A stretch of DNA of 64,000 nucleotides. It comes from Moniliella sp. 'wahieum'. Lineage: Eukaryota. Positions 37,195-51,580 of this stretch are shown here, piece by piece. The position numbers and the translations under genes were made by a program. The stretch is from assembly GCA_003971905.1 (NCBI GenBank), contig RSEE01000028.1:186001-250000 (forward strand), read 5' to 3'. Position 1 is the stretch's first letter. Every line of letters starts with the position of its first letter. The notes under the pieces were generated by a model, which made no database searches, was not told where the DNA came from, and worked only from the letters and a program-made list of their open reading frames with translations.

Positions 37195-40100
37195 ATGGGC
37201 ATTGGTGATGCTTGGGAGCATGCGGTGCCGTACGTCGTCTTCCCTGGCCCTCTCTGCTGCCGCTGCTGACCCCCTACCCCCCCCCCTCCCGCAGCTCCTT
37301 CCGCCAGCTCTACGGCGTAATCGAGGAGCGCAACGTTGCCTTTCCTGCCAGCGTCCTGCAAGCCCGCATCTCTGAGTTCCGCTCCCTTCGCCCCGGCTTT
37401 GATTCCATCGAGGACAAACGCGACGCGCTTCAACTCCAGGTCGGCGACCAAACCTATCGCGTCCCCGTCGATGAAAAACAACGCCAGACGGCATCCGTTG
37501 CGCGCAAGCGCCTTGTTCTCCCTGAAACCGAGGCCCAGGTACTGCTGTTGTTCAAGCAATGGCTCGTGTCCACCGAGGACGAGCACCCATTTCCCCAGCC
37601 TGCCACTGCCCCCTCCGATGCTCGACAATTTTGTCGTCTGGTATTGGGACGAGCGTCTCTACCTGGTTCGCTGCATCCGCTCCCTCCTTCGTCTTGAGAG
37701 TGGAGGCGAGACCGGAGGCGAAGACGAACAGCTTCAGGCCCGCAGGCTCCTTGAACAACTCCAACTTGATGGCAAGCCCTCCTACCCATCCCAGTGCGTT
37801 TCCCACGTGCAAGATCTCGTGACCAAGCCTCTTCCCGATCAGCTGCGCGACAACCTGCGCGATGCGAATTTGGCCGCCGAACAGCGTCTTCGCCTCCAGC
37901 TCGAGATCCTCGACGCGGTTCTTCTTTATTGCTACAACTACGCCATCCCCGATGCGGCCACTTGTCTGGCTCTGCTACGCTTTGTCCGTGATACAGACTT
38001 TGCCCGTCGACAGGCTGACGCATCTTTCCACACCACCATGGAAGCCCAACAACTGCTCCAGTGCATCGGTGCGTTGGCCACTCTGGTCTGTGTCGAGAGC
38101 GTAAGCATCGAGGCTGTGATGGACTTTCAGCCGGGTCTCCTTCCTCCTTCGACTAGTTCGGTGGAAGAGCAGGCACCCTCTGGTGCCGCCGCTCTCGCTC
38201 GCTCTCCGGCCACCTTAAACGAGGCGTTGGACCTGATCAACTCGCTCAACTTCAGTCCTTTCTGGGGACCCGTGTGTCTTGTTTATGCACTCATCCTGAA
38301 CCGCATTGAAGCTGCCTTGGAGATCGAACAGAGTAACTCGACCGATGGTGCGCTCCCTGCCCACCTCACAGCATTGGCGGAAGTGATTGATCCAGGCCCA
38401 GGCCAGGAGCCGGTGTGGACCAAGCTTGCCACCCTGGCCTTCCACCCAACTACCCGGATTAACAAAACTGTGTCCGATATCCTTTCAGTACTACGAACCG
38501 TGTCGCACCAAAACTTCACCTGTCCTTCGCATTTGATCTACCGCGGTGTGATCAAAGGACTGCTTCTTGCTGAGACGGAGCTCGTGAAGCCGTCCTACAT
38601 CTCTGACGGTGAAGAACTTCTCGCTTCTTGGCAGGGCGTACTCGGCCACACGCCTTCACACCATGACAGCCGTTTGCGTAAGGGGGCTGCTGAACTGGCT
38701 GAACAATTTTGGTCGGAAGACTTCCCATCCGAGACGCGGTCCTCATTCCTTGTCCTGACGGCCAGTCGTTGGCCAGTGCTGTTCACTCCGTTTGTGTCGC
38801 TTTTGACGTGTTTGACAGGGCGCCATGCCGAGCCAGCCCAGGGAAGCTCCAGTGCCTGGACCTCGGATGCAGCTGAGGCTGCGACCACGAATACCTTTTC
38901 TTCGTTTGGACGCTTGAGCGTGATCACGCTGTTCCTCCCGCCGGAGCGGGTGGTGGGGAACCCGTACGAGGCTATCGTCGACCCCGTGACCGGCGAGCTG
39001 GGGTACCAACTTGTTCGCCCTATGCACGTATTTGGTCGTACGCATCTGCCCGTGGGCGCAGTTGGACAGGCAGTCTCTGAAACGGAGGCGACCCATCTGG
39101 TTGTTCGATGGAACCTACCGCGGCCGATCAGCGGTTGGCGCATTCTGCGTGACCTCCTTGCTTTCCTTATGGGGCTCTACCCCGAGGCGGGGAAACTGGA
39201 GGCCTTGGTGCTATCCACCTCTCCTGACCAAAAAGAGGATATTATCCTTACTGCGCTCCAACTATTAGCTTCTGTTCTTTCTGCGGAAGGAAAACTACCG
39301 ACCGACTGCTCAACCACCTTGACGGACAGCCTGATCCAATCTTGGACGAGGACAACGATGACGAAGATACTGCACCGGTTCCGGCGGGTGTCTCTTTGAC
39401 AGCGATCGTGATGGCCGTGCTGAGTAAAGCGCTTTCGACACCGACTTCTTACAATGCACCGTTGGTCTGCACCGCATACGAGATCTTGTCGTATCTCGTG
39501 ACCCTTCGGCCAACGGAGGTATGGCAAGCCCTCCGCCCCAGGAATATTGCTCTGGGTAGTGCCGACCTGGTCCCAATCCGCGCGAGGGAAGGGGTTCACG
39601 CCGAGTCGGTGGTGTTGGAGAGCAAGGTCTTACACACAAGCAAAGTGGCTGGTGATTACACTTCACTTTTGTCGCTGCTCGATTTCCAAGCGATTTTGCT
39701 CGATGAGTTGGTCACTTCGCAATTTGCTGCGCCGCCCGAGTTGCTGGAGACTAAGGTGTTTGTCGCCCGCCGGATCCTGTGCTGGATGATCGAGCTCGTC
39801 TGGGCCGATGCACTCAACTGGCGCTATACTCGACCCGAAGAACGTTTGGCCGTGCTGAACAAGTGTCTCTTCCCGTTCAACCTTATCCTCTCGGATCCGG
39901 CCTTGTCTTCGCCCGCTGCAGCCAACGCTGGCCCTGCTCCCTCGTCTACACATCCTAACGAGCGTGATGGACAAGGCGTTCCTTTCACCGGGGGGAACCT
40001 CCACTTTTACTGGTCCCCTCATCACCATTCTTGGCTGTAGCGCCACTCTCACCTCGGACGGAGCCGCTGAGAGCCCTGCGGCTGGGCTGGAGGCCGAGGA

Positions 40101-43100
40101 GCTACTCCGTCATACTTGGCAATTTGCTGTTCGTCTGGTGAAACGCCGCAGGGACGCCAACAACCACCTCCCTCCGAGTCAAGCTGTGTTGGGCCCAATC
40201 GAGCAAGCCGTCTTTAGCCCGGCTTTAGTATCGTCCCACTTGGCCGCACCGGTAGCCATCCAGGCCCCCCCTGTGAGTGTGGCTGCCTTCCGCTCACGCC
40301 CGACGGATAAGACCCAGGTCGCTTCGGCCTTGGTGGACAGTATTTTGGACGCTCGGGCTCACGAGCCGGTGGTGTTGCTGTCGGAGGTGGTTTCCTCAGC
40401 GGCAGAAGGAGCGCAGCGGCTGCGAGTCTCTCCACCTGCTCTGCTAGGTAGCTTGGGCAGCCTATCCGAGACCCAGGCCAAGTTGGCGCAGCTGACCCAC
40501 TTGGCAGCGACACCAACGGACAACGATGTACTGTACCCCAACTTGGCGACCAGCCGGCTCGCGGTATGGAATTTGTTCGCCGCCTTGGCCGAACATCAAC
40601 CCTCGCTGGCGGCTGTGCTGATCCTGGGTGAGCACCCAACTACTCCCACCAGCTTCTCCCTGAGCCCACGGCAGCCACGGGGAAAGACAAGGGCAACGCA
40701 GCCGAGGCATCTAGTACGCCCCCCTTTCGGCGCTGGACGTGGCGGTGGGATTTGTTTGGACTGGGCTGAATTGTGGGACGAAAAAATGCCGCTGCTCGAG
40801 GGAGTGCTCAAGTTCCTGGAGGCGGTGTGGGAACGTGCACCGGAGCATGAGGCCCGCTTCCGCAAACTTTTGCAGCAACCTGCACTGTGGCAAGCGCTCC
40901 GTGCACTCATCTCGGTCGACGCTGGCGAGTGGCCGGAAGTGACAGAGCCCAACAAAGACAGTGTCAAGGTGTCCACAGCCATGCGCCAGGCGTGCCAAAC
41001 TCGAGCGCTTCATGTCTGGTTTCACCTTAACTCATCCTGTGCATCCAGCCGGATCAAAAGGGCCCGCAGAGAGTCTGGAAAACACCAAGGTTTTGCTCGA
41101 CCTGTTGAAGGACAAGCAGAAGCTGCCCACAATCCTCGCCCGTGTGGCAACGATAAGGATGGACTGCGATGTGTTGAGCTCCATGTTGGACCGCGTCTCT
41201 GCCTTTGTTCCCACGCTTCCACTCGATGCGCTCCGCATGCCCGTTCGGCGAGACCGGTTTGACGGGCAAGAGCCTATGGCGACAGTTATGTGTGGGATCT
41301 GATTGCGCTCAAGCACAAGCTGGCGGGCTACCGCACCACTGATCGTGGGAACCTCCTCCGACAGGCGATGGCTTGGACGAGTATGGCAGCATCTCTGCTG
41401 CCCAGGCGACTGCCTCGGTTAATTCGGAATGGTCTGCGCTTGATGCTCAGATCCTCCTGGTGCGATCGTGGAACCTGCTCTTGTCGCGTGCCATGGGTCC
41501 CATCTGCCGCATGGTGGAGGAAGGGGGCTCAGCTCAGGGTCAACGGGCGGCCTTGGACGAGGCAGTTGGGCCACTGGACCAAGGTGACCCAAGACATGCT
41601 CGCTTCAGCTGGGCAAGCCGAGCTCGATGCGGTCGCCGACCCAGCTGTGGCTGCATGTGGCCCATTCCAAGACCATGTATTGCGAGCCCAGGTCGCCCTC
41701 TCGGCTGCATGCTAGAGTTTGGATGGGACAAAGCGCCGCCCCTTTCCTCGCAGCAGGTGGAGCAGCTGTTGGCTCGCACAAGGCTGGTACAGCAACTGGT
41801 CGTGCTCGCGCGTCCGCGGCTGGAGCTAGCCTCACGCTACAGCCGCTTCATTGGCTGTCTCGTCGCCTGCGGAGCTACGACGGATGCGCCGTTGCACCCA
41901 CCGCTCTTCCGGATGGTTTTGCTCACCATGCTCCACTGCCGCCACATCATGTCTGAGCGCAAGACCCAGGGGGGCGCGGTACTCAAGGACAAGCAGCACA
42001 ACGAAGTGCACGCTGCTGTCGATGCGTTTGCCCAGGCTGCTGTTCCAGCCTTGCGGCTGATCGCCGACCGGGCGCGTCTCGTGGCAGCCACACCGCTGCC
42101 CGAAGACACGCACCTCGCCAATGAGTACCACGCTGCACTCGTCCAGATCGACTCGGACCTCAGCATCCTAACCGGCGTTCTGGATCTGCTGGCCCGGCCA
42201 AAGATGGAGGTGCCGCCCCACCACCTCAACGTGCTTTTTACTCAGAGCGGGCTGTTGCTTGCTCTTGTTGAACTTTTGCGGGTTGTGCCATTGGGGGATG
42301 CCCGTGAACCATTGTGGGGAAATATGGGGCTTAACCTTTTGGATGTGCTCTTGACCATCGCCGAGAATGCCCATTGGCCGAGCCGCTGCATCTGGCGGGC
42401 ATTCTAACAGCTTTGCTGAACAATTCCCTTACGCCCCAACTTGAGGCGGGGCAGCTGAGAGATGTGCCGGGTGGACAGGATGCAACGGCGCATGCGTGTT
42501 GGCTTGCCATGCTCCGCATCGCCGTCGCGTTGGAAAACAACTTTGCGGCGCATTTGCATTCCGCCTCTCACACCGAGTTTGTCGTGACGGAGATTTACAG
42601 CTTTGTGTCGTACTACCATGCCCAGCTGGGCCAAGTTGCACTCAAGTTCCGACCGGCAAACTCCGTGACCGCACCTTCGGACCTTAGGCAAGGCGCCCTT
42701 GCTCGCCCGGAACGACCTCTTTTTCCCGCCAGGACGGCCTCTTTTGCCTCTCCTTGGCTGTGCCATCTGTCGCCGAGGGAACAAATCGCGGTAGCACCCA
42801 GGGAGCGCTTGAAGAAACCGAAACGACACTGTACCTCTTTTGCGCCATGGCCCATGCCGCTGCATCAAAGAGAGGGTGGATGTGGCGAGAAGCACATTTT
42901 TGCGCTCGGCCGCGCGTGATGTGGCATTTTTGCTGCAACAGTGCACCTATCTTCTTCTCCGGCCAGGACATCGAGCGATGGCGTTTGGAATTGACCTGAC
43001 GAGCGACAACTCGCGTGAGGCACGTCTAGTGCACATGGCGCAGAAGAATATCACTGATGGGTTGCTGCGTGTCGCCCAAGCCGCCGTTACCTTCCTCATT

Positions 43101-43768
43101 GACTTGGATCGTGTGCCTGATTGGCTGACCAATCCCTTGGGACGTAAACTAATGTTCCCTCTCAGCATTGTCCCGGTACGTTCATTCCCCCTTTCCACCC
43201 ACGTTCACCTGCATCCTTGTTGGATTTCCACTAACTTGCTTGTTCTCAGCGGCAACGTGTCTTCCCCTCTGAACCCGCCACAATTGGCACGTTGATTGAC
43301 TTGAGTCAGTACTTGCAAGATGGTCTTGCCCAGCAAAAGGGCGATGCATGGACTCATTCGGTCGCTATGCTTGAGCAGACCTTGGTTCTCGCCGTAGCAA
43401 CTCTGGCTGGCTCGCTTGCTTTGCCCGCTGTGCCTGTCGAAACGGCCGGTGGTGCTGCGCGGGACGAGCGGGTGCATGCGCTGAGCGAGGCGTGGACGCT
43501 GGTAAGGCAAGAAGTCGAGACGGGGCTGGGCAGAGAGTTGACGGCGGCCATGCGCGCCGCCCTGTCGGCCATCGACAAGACCAAGACCCAAGCCTTGCCC
43601 GCGTCCGCAGTTGCGACGGGAGACGGATGGGCCGGCCGACTTGCTCCGCATGCTGCCGATGTACGTGGAGCGCAACATGCCAGCCAACCTGGTCTCCTCG
43701 TAGCTTTGTGCATCACATCATGCAATGAGATCCTGCTCTGCACGCCGTCTTTTTCACTTCCCAACTAA
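37195..43768 (+). CDS. NUP188: Large scaffold nucleoporin, Nup188/Nup184-like
   Basis: About 2100 codons of Leu-rich helical sequence in consecutive frameshifted ORFs, with LPETEAQVLLL, WYWDERLYLVRCIRSLL, ASRWPVLFTPFVSLL, YQLVRPMHVFG..LPVG..G..VRW..SGWRIL, GDYTSLLSLL and WRYTRPEERL, consistent with the Nup188 N-terminal domain. Short intron near the start. Confidence 0.72.
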
Positions 43769-44414
43769 TATCTCGCCTATGGTCTCTTTGACTGGGTGTC
43801 GAGGCACAATAATAAAAAGGGTGTGGACTCAAATGGGCACATATAGGGGCGAGCGCGTTTCGTATTGTGTCCAGACGGCTTGTCCGCGGGCGGCTGTCGT
43901 GTTTGACGCTTGACACTTGAAGAGAGAAAAGCGGAAGCGGGCCACAAAACTGGTGGTATGCCACAAAACTAGTATAGTAATCGGCATCAGGAAGAGCCCA
44001 TTGGGGCTGCAACAAACCCCTGAGAAGGGGCTGTGCGTACGAAGAATGTATGGGCACACGTGAGGCTGGAGTATTGGTGGGGGTGGCCCTGCAAACGAGG
44101 GAGATGGGTGGGGGTACGGATCTAGATGCAATGAATTAGTGATGGGTGCCCCCAACCGGACAAGGGCGGGCGGCTGAGCGGGAGGGGTGGGGTAAATGTG
44201 CGCGGGGCGGAATTGGCGCCGGGCGGAGTAGCACTGCAGGTGTTCCGGCGGTGCAGCGCAGAAGACAGACAAACGCCTTCCGAACACGACCGAATCCAGA
44301 AATCCAGATACGCGGGTTGGGCCAAGTGGCGCTGCGTCGTGGAAGGTGTTGTGGCGGGCAGGCGCGGGCAGCCTCCGTCCCCCCACCAGCCTCCGCATCA
44401 GCATCGCCATCACC

Positions 44415-46099
44415 ATGGCCGGCCGTTTGGGAATGATGCAGCCGCCCGTCATCGTGCTCCGCGAGGGCACCGACTCGTCCCAGGGCACAGGCCAGCTGCT
44501 CAGCAACATTGGTGCGTGCCAAACCGTTGTGAACTGTGTCGCCTCCACCCTCGGCCCGCGCGGGATGGACAAGCTCATCATCGATGGCCGCGGCAAGAGC
44601 ACCATCTCCAACGATGGTGCGACCATCCTCAAGCTCCTGGAAATCGTCCACCCAGCTGCTCGCACCCTGGTCGACATTGCCCGCGCCCAGGACGCCGAGG
44701 TGGGCGACGGCACAACCTCGGTGGTGCTCTTGGCCGGCGAGATGCTCAAGGAGGCCCGTCCGTTTATCGAGGATGGTGTTTCGCCCACATTATCATCCGC
44801 GCTTTCCGTACAGCTGCCCAGATGGCGGTCGAACGCGTCAAGCAGTTGGCCGTTGCCATTGACCGCAACGATCCTGTCGGCTTCCGTGACCTCCTGATGA
44901 AGTGTGCGGGGACTGCGATGAGCTCCAAACTCATCGTATCGCAACGCAGCTTCTTCAGCAACATGGTTGTCGATGCTGTCCAGACGCTTGACCAGGACGA
45001 CTTGGATGAAAATTTGATTGGGATCAAAAAGGTGCCTGGCGGCGGGATGCAAGACTCGCTGTTGGTCAAGGGCGTGGCGTTTAAGAAAACGTTTGCGTAT
45101 GCTGGATTCGAGCAACAGCCCAAACGGTTCACCAATCCCAAGATCTTGAATCTGAATGTTGAGTTGGAACTTAAAGCAGAGAAGGACAATGCCGAGGTTC
45201 GAATCAACGAGGTGAGCGAGTACCAAGCCATTGTCGATGCCGAGTGGAACATTATCTATGCCAAACTCGAGGCCATCGTCCGCTCGGGAGCGCAGGTGGT
45301 GCTGTCCAAGTTGCCGATTGGCGATTTGGCTACCCAGTTCTTTGCCGACCGCGACATTTTCTGCGCTGGACGCGTCGCAGCGGACGACATGCAGCGGGTG
45401 ATTCAAGCTGTCGGAGGATCGGTGCAGTCGACCGTGTCGGACTTGCGCCCTGAACACCTCGGCACGTGCGAGCTGTTTGAGGAGCGTCAGATCGGATCCG
45501 AGCGGTTCAACCTCTTTGAGGGGTGCCAGGCAGCCAAGACGTGCACCCTCATCCTCCGTGGCGGAGCGGAACAGTTCATTGCTGAAGTGGAGCGGTCGTT
45601 GCACGATGCAATCATGATTGTCAAGCGAGCGATCAAGAATGGTTCGATTGTCGCCGGTGGTGGGGCGGTGGAAATGGAGCTGTCGAAATACCTGCGCGAG
45701 TATGCCAGGACGATCGAGGGGAAACAGCAATTGATCATTGGTGCGTTCGCCAAGGCACTCGAGGTGATCCCGCGCCAGATTGCGGACAATGCAGGGCTGG
45801 ACGCGACGGATTTGCTGAACCAGTTGCGGATGCGTCATGCCCAAGGCCATGCATGGGAAGGCATTGACATGGACACGGACGGCGTGGCGAACAACTTGGA
45901 AAAGTTTGTATGGGAACCGTCGCTGGTCAAGATCAACGCCATCTCCTCAGCTGCCGAGGCTGCCACGCTCATCCTTTCCGTGGACGAGACGATCAAAAAC
46001 CAACAGTCTGAGCGGCCAAACCCAGGCCCGGCGGCACCGCCTGGGACAGCGCAGCGCGCATTGCGCGGTGCTGGACGTCGGACCGGCGGGCGTCGTTGA
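44415..46099 (+). CDS. CCT7: T-complex protein 1 subunit eta (CCT7)
   Basis: [84 protein letters not shown] and [11 protein letters not shown]. One frameshift at ~44785 (a C-run one base short). Confidence 0.97.
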
Positions 46100-46536
46100 A
46101 CGTGTTGTCAATGCTAGCGCATTCTCCGGTCTTTTCCCATGGTATCATTAGTATCATTGCTTTGCATGCTGGCCTCAGGCCCATCATGTGTCAATCAGTG
46201 AGGATAAAACAGGCGCCCTTCATGAGATGCAGCGAGATGGAAACATGCATCGTTGGGATATTTTGTAGTGGAGAGGAGGAGCGCCAAGGGTATAGAGACT
46301 GATGATATATGGGTCGCACAAGTCGGATTATGGTCGTAAAGGGATGGGTGGGGGGGAAGGGGCTGGACGAATAGGGGATAGGGGTACGCGGTCATTAGGA
46401 AACCAGTTCGATGAACCACAACAGGGGAAGGAAGTGACTAGCCAGTATCAAGTCTCTGCAACCGGGCCAGAGGCGGCGAGCCAAGAGGGAGAGACCCACG
46501 CGTCAGGCATCTACAGTCGCGCGGGTACGATTCAAG

Positions 46537-49500
46537 CTAAGGGTCAACAAAATCGAACCGGTTGTTGCTAGTCAAGGCCGGCGCAGACGGAGCGGAAGCA
46601 GGCAGAGGGGGCACGCACCAGTAAAATGTGCTCGGCAAAGCGTAAAAGCGTTTGGCGTATTCAAGCGGAGTGATCTGGCCAAGAGTCAGTTGGGATGGGT
46701 GTATGAAGACGACGCTACAAAAGCCAAACGTACCACTGTTGGTTCCCCGGCCGGGCCAATTAGGCCAGTACCTTTCATGAACGTTTCCACTCTTTCCTTC
46801 CATTCGTAAGGACGAAAGTAGTCTGGTCGATGGGCGAGGATCCCCCCAAGTCAAGTCAGCACATCAGAAGCTTACACATGCTTATTAGCCTCAACGGAGG
46901 GGGGGGGGGGCGTACCGACAATCCCAACAACCAACTCTTGCGAAGTGGGAGCAACGCCAAGAAGAAGTGAGTAGTCCATCATCCCTTGTTGGGCCAGGAA
47001 GTGCGCGTCGTTGGAAAGAGCGGAAAAGAGGTGGTGTTTGCAGTGCTCTGTGACAAACAGGGGCTGTTTTTCTGGTGCCGCCAGTGCAGCAAAGTTGGCA
47101 TCAAGTAGGACTGTTCCTTTGGCTGCTGGTTCAGGGGCGACAAAGCGGTTGCGCAACGACCCCTTGAGATCAAACACTGTCTCCACCTCGCCCGGGACTG
47201 AATTGGAGGAGCCGTAGCGGTCATCATCAGGTGACCTGCCGGCCGTAGAACAGATCCTCCATCACGAAACAGTCAATATGCTCGTGTTTGTGCAATGGTC
47301 CCTCAAACAGCTCCACTCGGAACAGGCCCAAGACGCGGGCCAAGGCCGAGGGGTGGGCAGGACGGTTGATGCCAAGGCACGTGGCCAAATGGGCAAAGTA
47401 CGCGGGGGCAAAGGTGGTCAAGGCATTGAGCTCGGTGCGAGTGAGAGTTTTGATGATGAATCGTCGGTCCATCGAGCGGTGGTAGAAGGAGGCATTGGAC
47501 TTGCCCCCCTTGGCCCTCCACGGCTGACACCGTGCGAGCGAAGCAACAAACGCATCGTTTTTCTACCGCCTGGCGCAGGGCAGCAAACTGTTCGGCATAA
47601 AACACCCGGATAATCAAAAGCGGGGCGCCCGGTGCATCGAACTGGAACCGCATATGAGTGCCTGTTGGAGTACGCAATGTGGCACCCAACCCGCCCTCAC
47701 TTTGGTTCCACACCGACGGATGGAGGCGCTCCATCTGCAACGCGTACTCATCGCTGCTGAGAGTGAGAGCGATGGCCGAGATGGGCTCCTTGCTCCACAG
47801 GGGCATCGAAGCTTGGGGAAACAAATGGATCCCGCGCAATGGCCGGTCCAATGGCGCCAGACGGTCCGAAGCTGATCCCCACAAGTCAGCCAAACTGCGA
47901 AAAAAGACCGTTCTCTCTCTCCTTCCTCCTCCACCGATGCCCACGATTGGCGTCCCGATTCCACCTCCCTCTTCGCCGTATCGCGAGACAAAGGGGCGGG
48001 CAAGGAGAGGGCACGTGAATTATCCAGTAGGCGCGAAGCAGCGGGCACATCAGTACTCGTTTCCGGTTCGGACACGGATTCGGCTTCCGACTCAATGTCT
48101 GACTCGTCCCACGTCGAGTCAGACAGAGCTTCATCGACATCACTAAACGACAACTTGGGTGTTGCGACGACGCCGGGCCCGTGCACGGGGGTAGGGATGC
48201 AGGTGCAGGTGCAGGTACGGATAAAGGTGAAGTCCTGCAGGCCGACCAGGGCGCTGCACTGCTGCCGTACGCACCAGAGCAAGCGGCGTCGCCGGGTCGA
48301 GAGGAGAATGGATGAAGAGCGACGGGCTTCGAGAGGAGGGCGGTCGCGAGGGACCCGGGGCATAGGTGGGGGCGAAATGCTGGCCGAACCGGACGGCTGG
48401 CGTGGTTGGGAAGTCGAAGAGGCAGCAACCTGTTGCCCCGGTGGCCCTGGATAGGAACCGAGCGAGCGCGGGCGCGACCCTGGATCGGGTGGGTCACAAT
48501 GATTCCCGAAGGCGCCCGACCGCCCGTCTCGTCCGTTGAGCCGCTGAGCTAGGGTGCAGGGAGGAGGGATCGCAAGATCGCTGGTGCCGGGGTGCTGTCT
48601 GGCGAGGGGGATCGTGCCAGAGAAGGCAGGTTCCACATTCCTAGGCCACTGGCCAAAGACAGCCGATGGCGCCACTCGTTGCGAGGAAGAAATTCAGACT
48701 CGTATTCGGCCAGGCGTCCCTCCCATTCGTCCGCCTCGGTCCCCAGCTCCCGCCAGAGGGTTAGTTAGTACAGCACTCAGATCCGAAGAGAAGCGAGGAA
48801 ACGACTGTGCATCGTCCGGAAGAGGGATTCCTCTGCCTTCAGCAGTCTGTCAAAAGCCTCGCCCCATTCAGGGCGGCCCGAACGCGCACCTCCGTCTCGG
48901 ACCCCTTTTCGGCTTCGGCCATCAGGGTATCCAGGCGCGCTCGCGCACTGTCCCACCATGCTGTCGCACGAGACAGAATGTGGGCCAGCTCATCGATCCG
49001 CCTGGAATGTTGTAAGTCGGCTCTTGGGACTAGCCTAGCTGCCGGGAGGTCACTTCAAATGTGACGAGAGGGGATACCGAGAGTTCAACCTTGCGACCAC
49101 GGCAGACAAAGAGATGCATGCCCAAGTGGAGCAATGAAGCGGTGGGCCATACAGAGCCAGCAACACGACTTGGGTAAACGAAAGGGAGCGTTCGTCTCCC
49201 AGACGTTGCATGTCGGTACTGCGGTGGCATAAAGGGCAGGTATGGCATCGGAACCGGAAGCATCAAGTGGCGACCCCGACGGATGTCCCGAGACTCGCAC
49301 ATCCACTCTCTTGCCAGCATGGAAAAACGTAGTTGTGTGCTCCCCCCACACGGAACGGCAAGTGGGCAGGGGGGGGTAGTGGCTAGATCCGAGATGGCCC
49401 GAGCCAGACACTTGTCCCCCTCTCCGTACAGCGTAATTTCGACCAAGTTGGGGCCGGCACTGACTCTCTTCTCCCCCGCCACGGTGCAAGTGACGAGCTG

Positions 49501-51580
49501 CATCCAGATTAGCTTTTCACAGGGCAATGTAGGCAGAGCCCCCTCCGTACGGGATTGATACTGGTTCCATGCTTCAACTTGTTGGCAGACACGGTTGGTC
49601 AAAGTGGTCAGTTCCACTTCAGCATGCGCTCGTCCGCTTGAGCACCAGCATTGGAGAGGTGCATGCTCTGAAGTATCGATTCGTGTTCCAAACCCGTCAC
49701 TCTTCCTTGTTGTTGTTGTTGTTTTCCCTTTGTATCAAAGGCGGAGGGTGCATAATCGTTTGCGCACAACCGCCAGTTCATGCGACAACTTGACCAGCTT
49801 TTGAATGGGTTGGGGCGGGGGGATACGAATGGTACAAGAGAGATGTGGCCCCGTCAACATACTGGGATAGGTACGCCGGATGGAGGGTAGAAGGGAGCGG
49901 GACGAGATGCTGAAGGGCCAAGAGGGCGGAAATGTCGCAGGCAGGCGGGACGCGAGCCTGAGGGGTGTTGGGGAGATTGGAGGTTCTCCAAACTTGTTCC
50001 ATACGAAGGTTGTACGCCACATGGGCCACTTGCGAGCACATTCACCAACATACTCCAATCGTCTCAGCGCGCTGGGGCCGAGATGAGAAACGAGCCAATG
50101 GAGCTTTGGTTGAGCTTGCCCTGCAGTTTCATCAATGCCAACGCTCGGCCCGCCCCCGCCGACGGGTGCAGCATAAAGTCCTGAACATCAAAAAATGTCG
50201 CTTGCCCAACGTGCGAAGATTCCAAGGCACAAGTGGACACAGTAATCGCGGCGCAGTACACTTAATCGCATCCAGTTCTGAGGCGGTACAGCCAGGCAAG
50301 AGCGCCACGCCCGCTCGCTCCAACTGTCGACCACCCATCGAGACACCAGGCCTGAACCGCTAATGACGAGATGAGGTTGTCGGGAAAGGAGGGCGCGAAC
50401 AAGGTGGCGCAAGTACGAATTTCTTCCCGTTGTACCGTCGCAAGGTCCACCACCCCTGCCTCGTCTCCCAAATAGGTCAAAGGGAAAGAAACGATGAGCA
50501 CACGGGCCGAGGAAAGAGGCAAGAAACGACGCATGCCCTTGGATGCCACATCCCTGAGCGCCACCACGCCTTTGACATACCGTACCCCGGCGCGTCCAGG
50601 AAGGGGAAGCACCCGAATATGTTTCCGCAGATCCATTTCGCCATCCTCAGGGTCGAGCTGAAGACGGGCAATCGCTTTGAGCGCTAGCTGGATCACGTCT
50701 CTCGCCAGCTTTGGTGCGAGCCCAGTAGCTTGGCGGCATACGACCACAGGTACGTCCTTTCCTCTGCCCCAAGCGAAGGAAGAAGGGGGCCGAGAGGACT
50801 GATGAGACGGGTGGGAATCGGCACACCTTGCTCTTCATTTTTGGTGCTCGGACAGGGGTGCCGGATGGCACTCGAGAGTAAGGAGACGGGCACCTTTCTG
50901 GCTCTTTAGGCGCAGCTGAAGCCGAGAGAAGATGATCGTAATTTTGGGCACAGGCAACGCATACACGGGACCAGGCAGGGCCAGCAGGGGTGATAATGTG
51001 GCGCGTGGCGCGAGTGCACGATGCACAAAAGATGCTGCCACACAGACGGCAATCTGCACCGGCAAAATGGACATGTCAGATTCGTGTCGGGTAGATTGGG
51101 AGGCACCCCCCCCGACAAAAGCACTACAAGCAGAAGTGGGGTATATAAAGAGACGTACGATGGCGCCGGCACAGTAGGTGGAAGGCACGCTCGCAGCGTG
51201 TACAGGCAGCGGCTGCCTTGTCGGGCATCCAGTTGGGGGGTGGGCTGGAGATGACTGACTCGGTCATCAGGGTCGGGGTCATGGAGGAAGGTGTGTACCA
51301 GGCAGGGACCGTGCGTGCTGGTGACGGTGGCGCAAGGGATGGTGAAAGCGCAGCTGCGGTCGGGGTTGCCGGTTGACGAGGTTGATGCGATTGAGGTGGA
51401 GGCTGTCGTGAGCGTGAGGCAGCAGAAGGGGGGGCAAATCCGAATCGGGATGGGTTGGTGGGGCAGCGGCGGGAGGGACGAGAGCATGCCAGAAGGCGGT
51501 GAACCTGCTGGGGCGCTGCGTTGTTGCGGTCTGGATCGCGCGCCGGGAGGTTCGAGGCCAAAGCTTACCAGCGATGCCAT
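46537..51580 (-). CDS. Fab1/PIKfyve-like PI3P 5-kinase (FYVE, CCT-like and PIPK domains), compact and divergent
   Basis: FYVE WMPD..CTRC..RRH|HCRLCGSIFCASC (intron 51054-51158); CCT-like MDLRKHIRVLPLPG..YVKGVV; kinase GGKS..DRRFIIKTL, FVMEDLFYG, FDLKGSLRNR, MMDYSLLLGV, VGIV|D and EPTV|ITPLEYAKRF. Confidence 0.88.

Noticed and set aside
43829..45850. 673-aa antisense ORF over CCT7 (also the 356-aa antisense ORF over SAR1 at 5490-6560)
   Set aside because: Shadow ORFs expected from biased codon usage in conserved, GC-rich genes; no motifs of their own.
44415..51580. Functional link between CCT7 and the CCT-like domain of the convergent Fab1-like gene
   Set aside because: The CCT-like domain is an ancient feature of all Fab1/PIKfyve proteins and no local DNA similarity was seen; the adjacency is probably chance.
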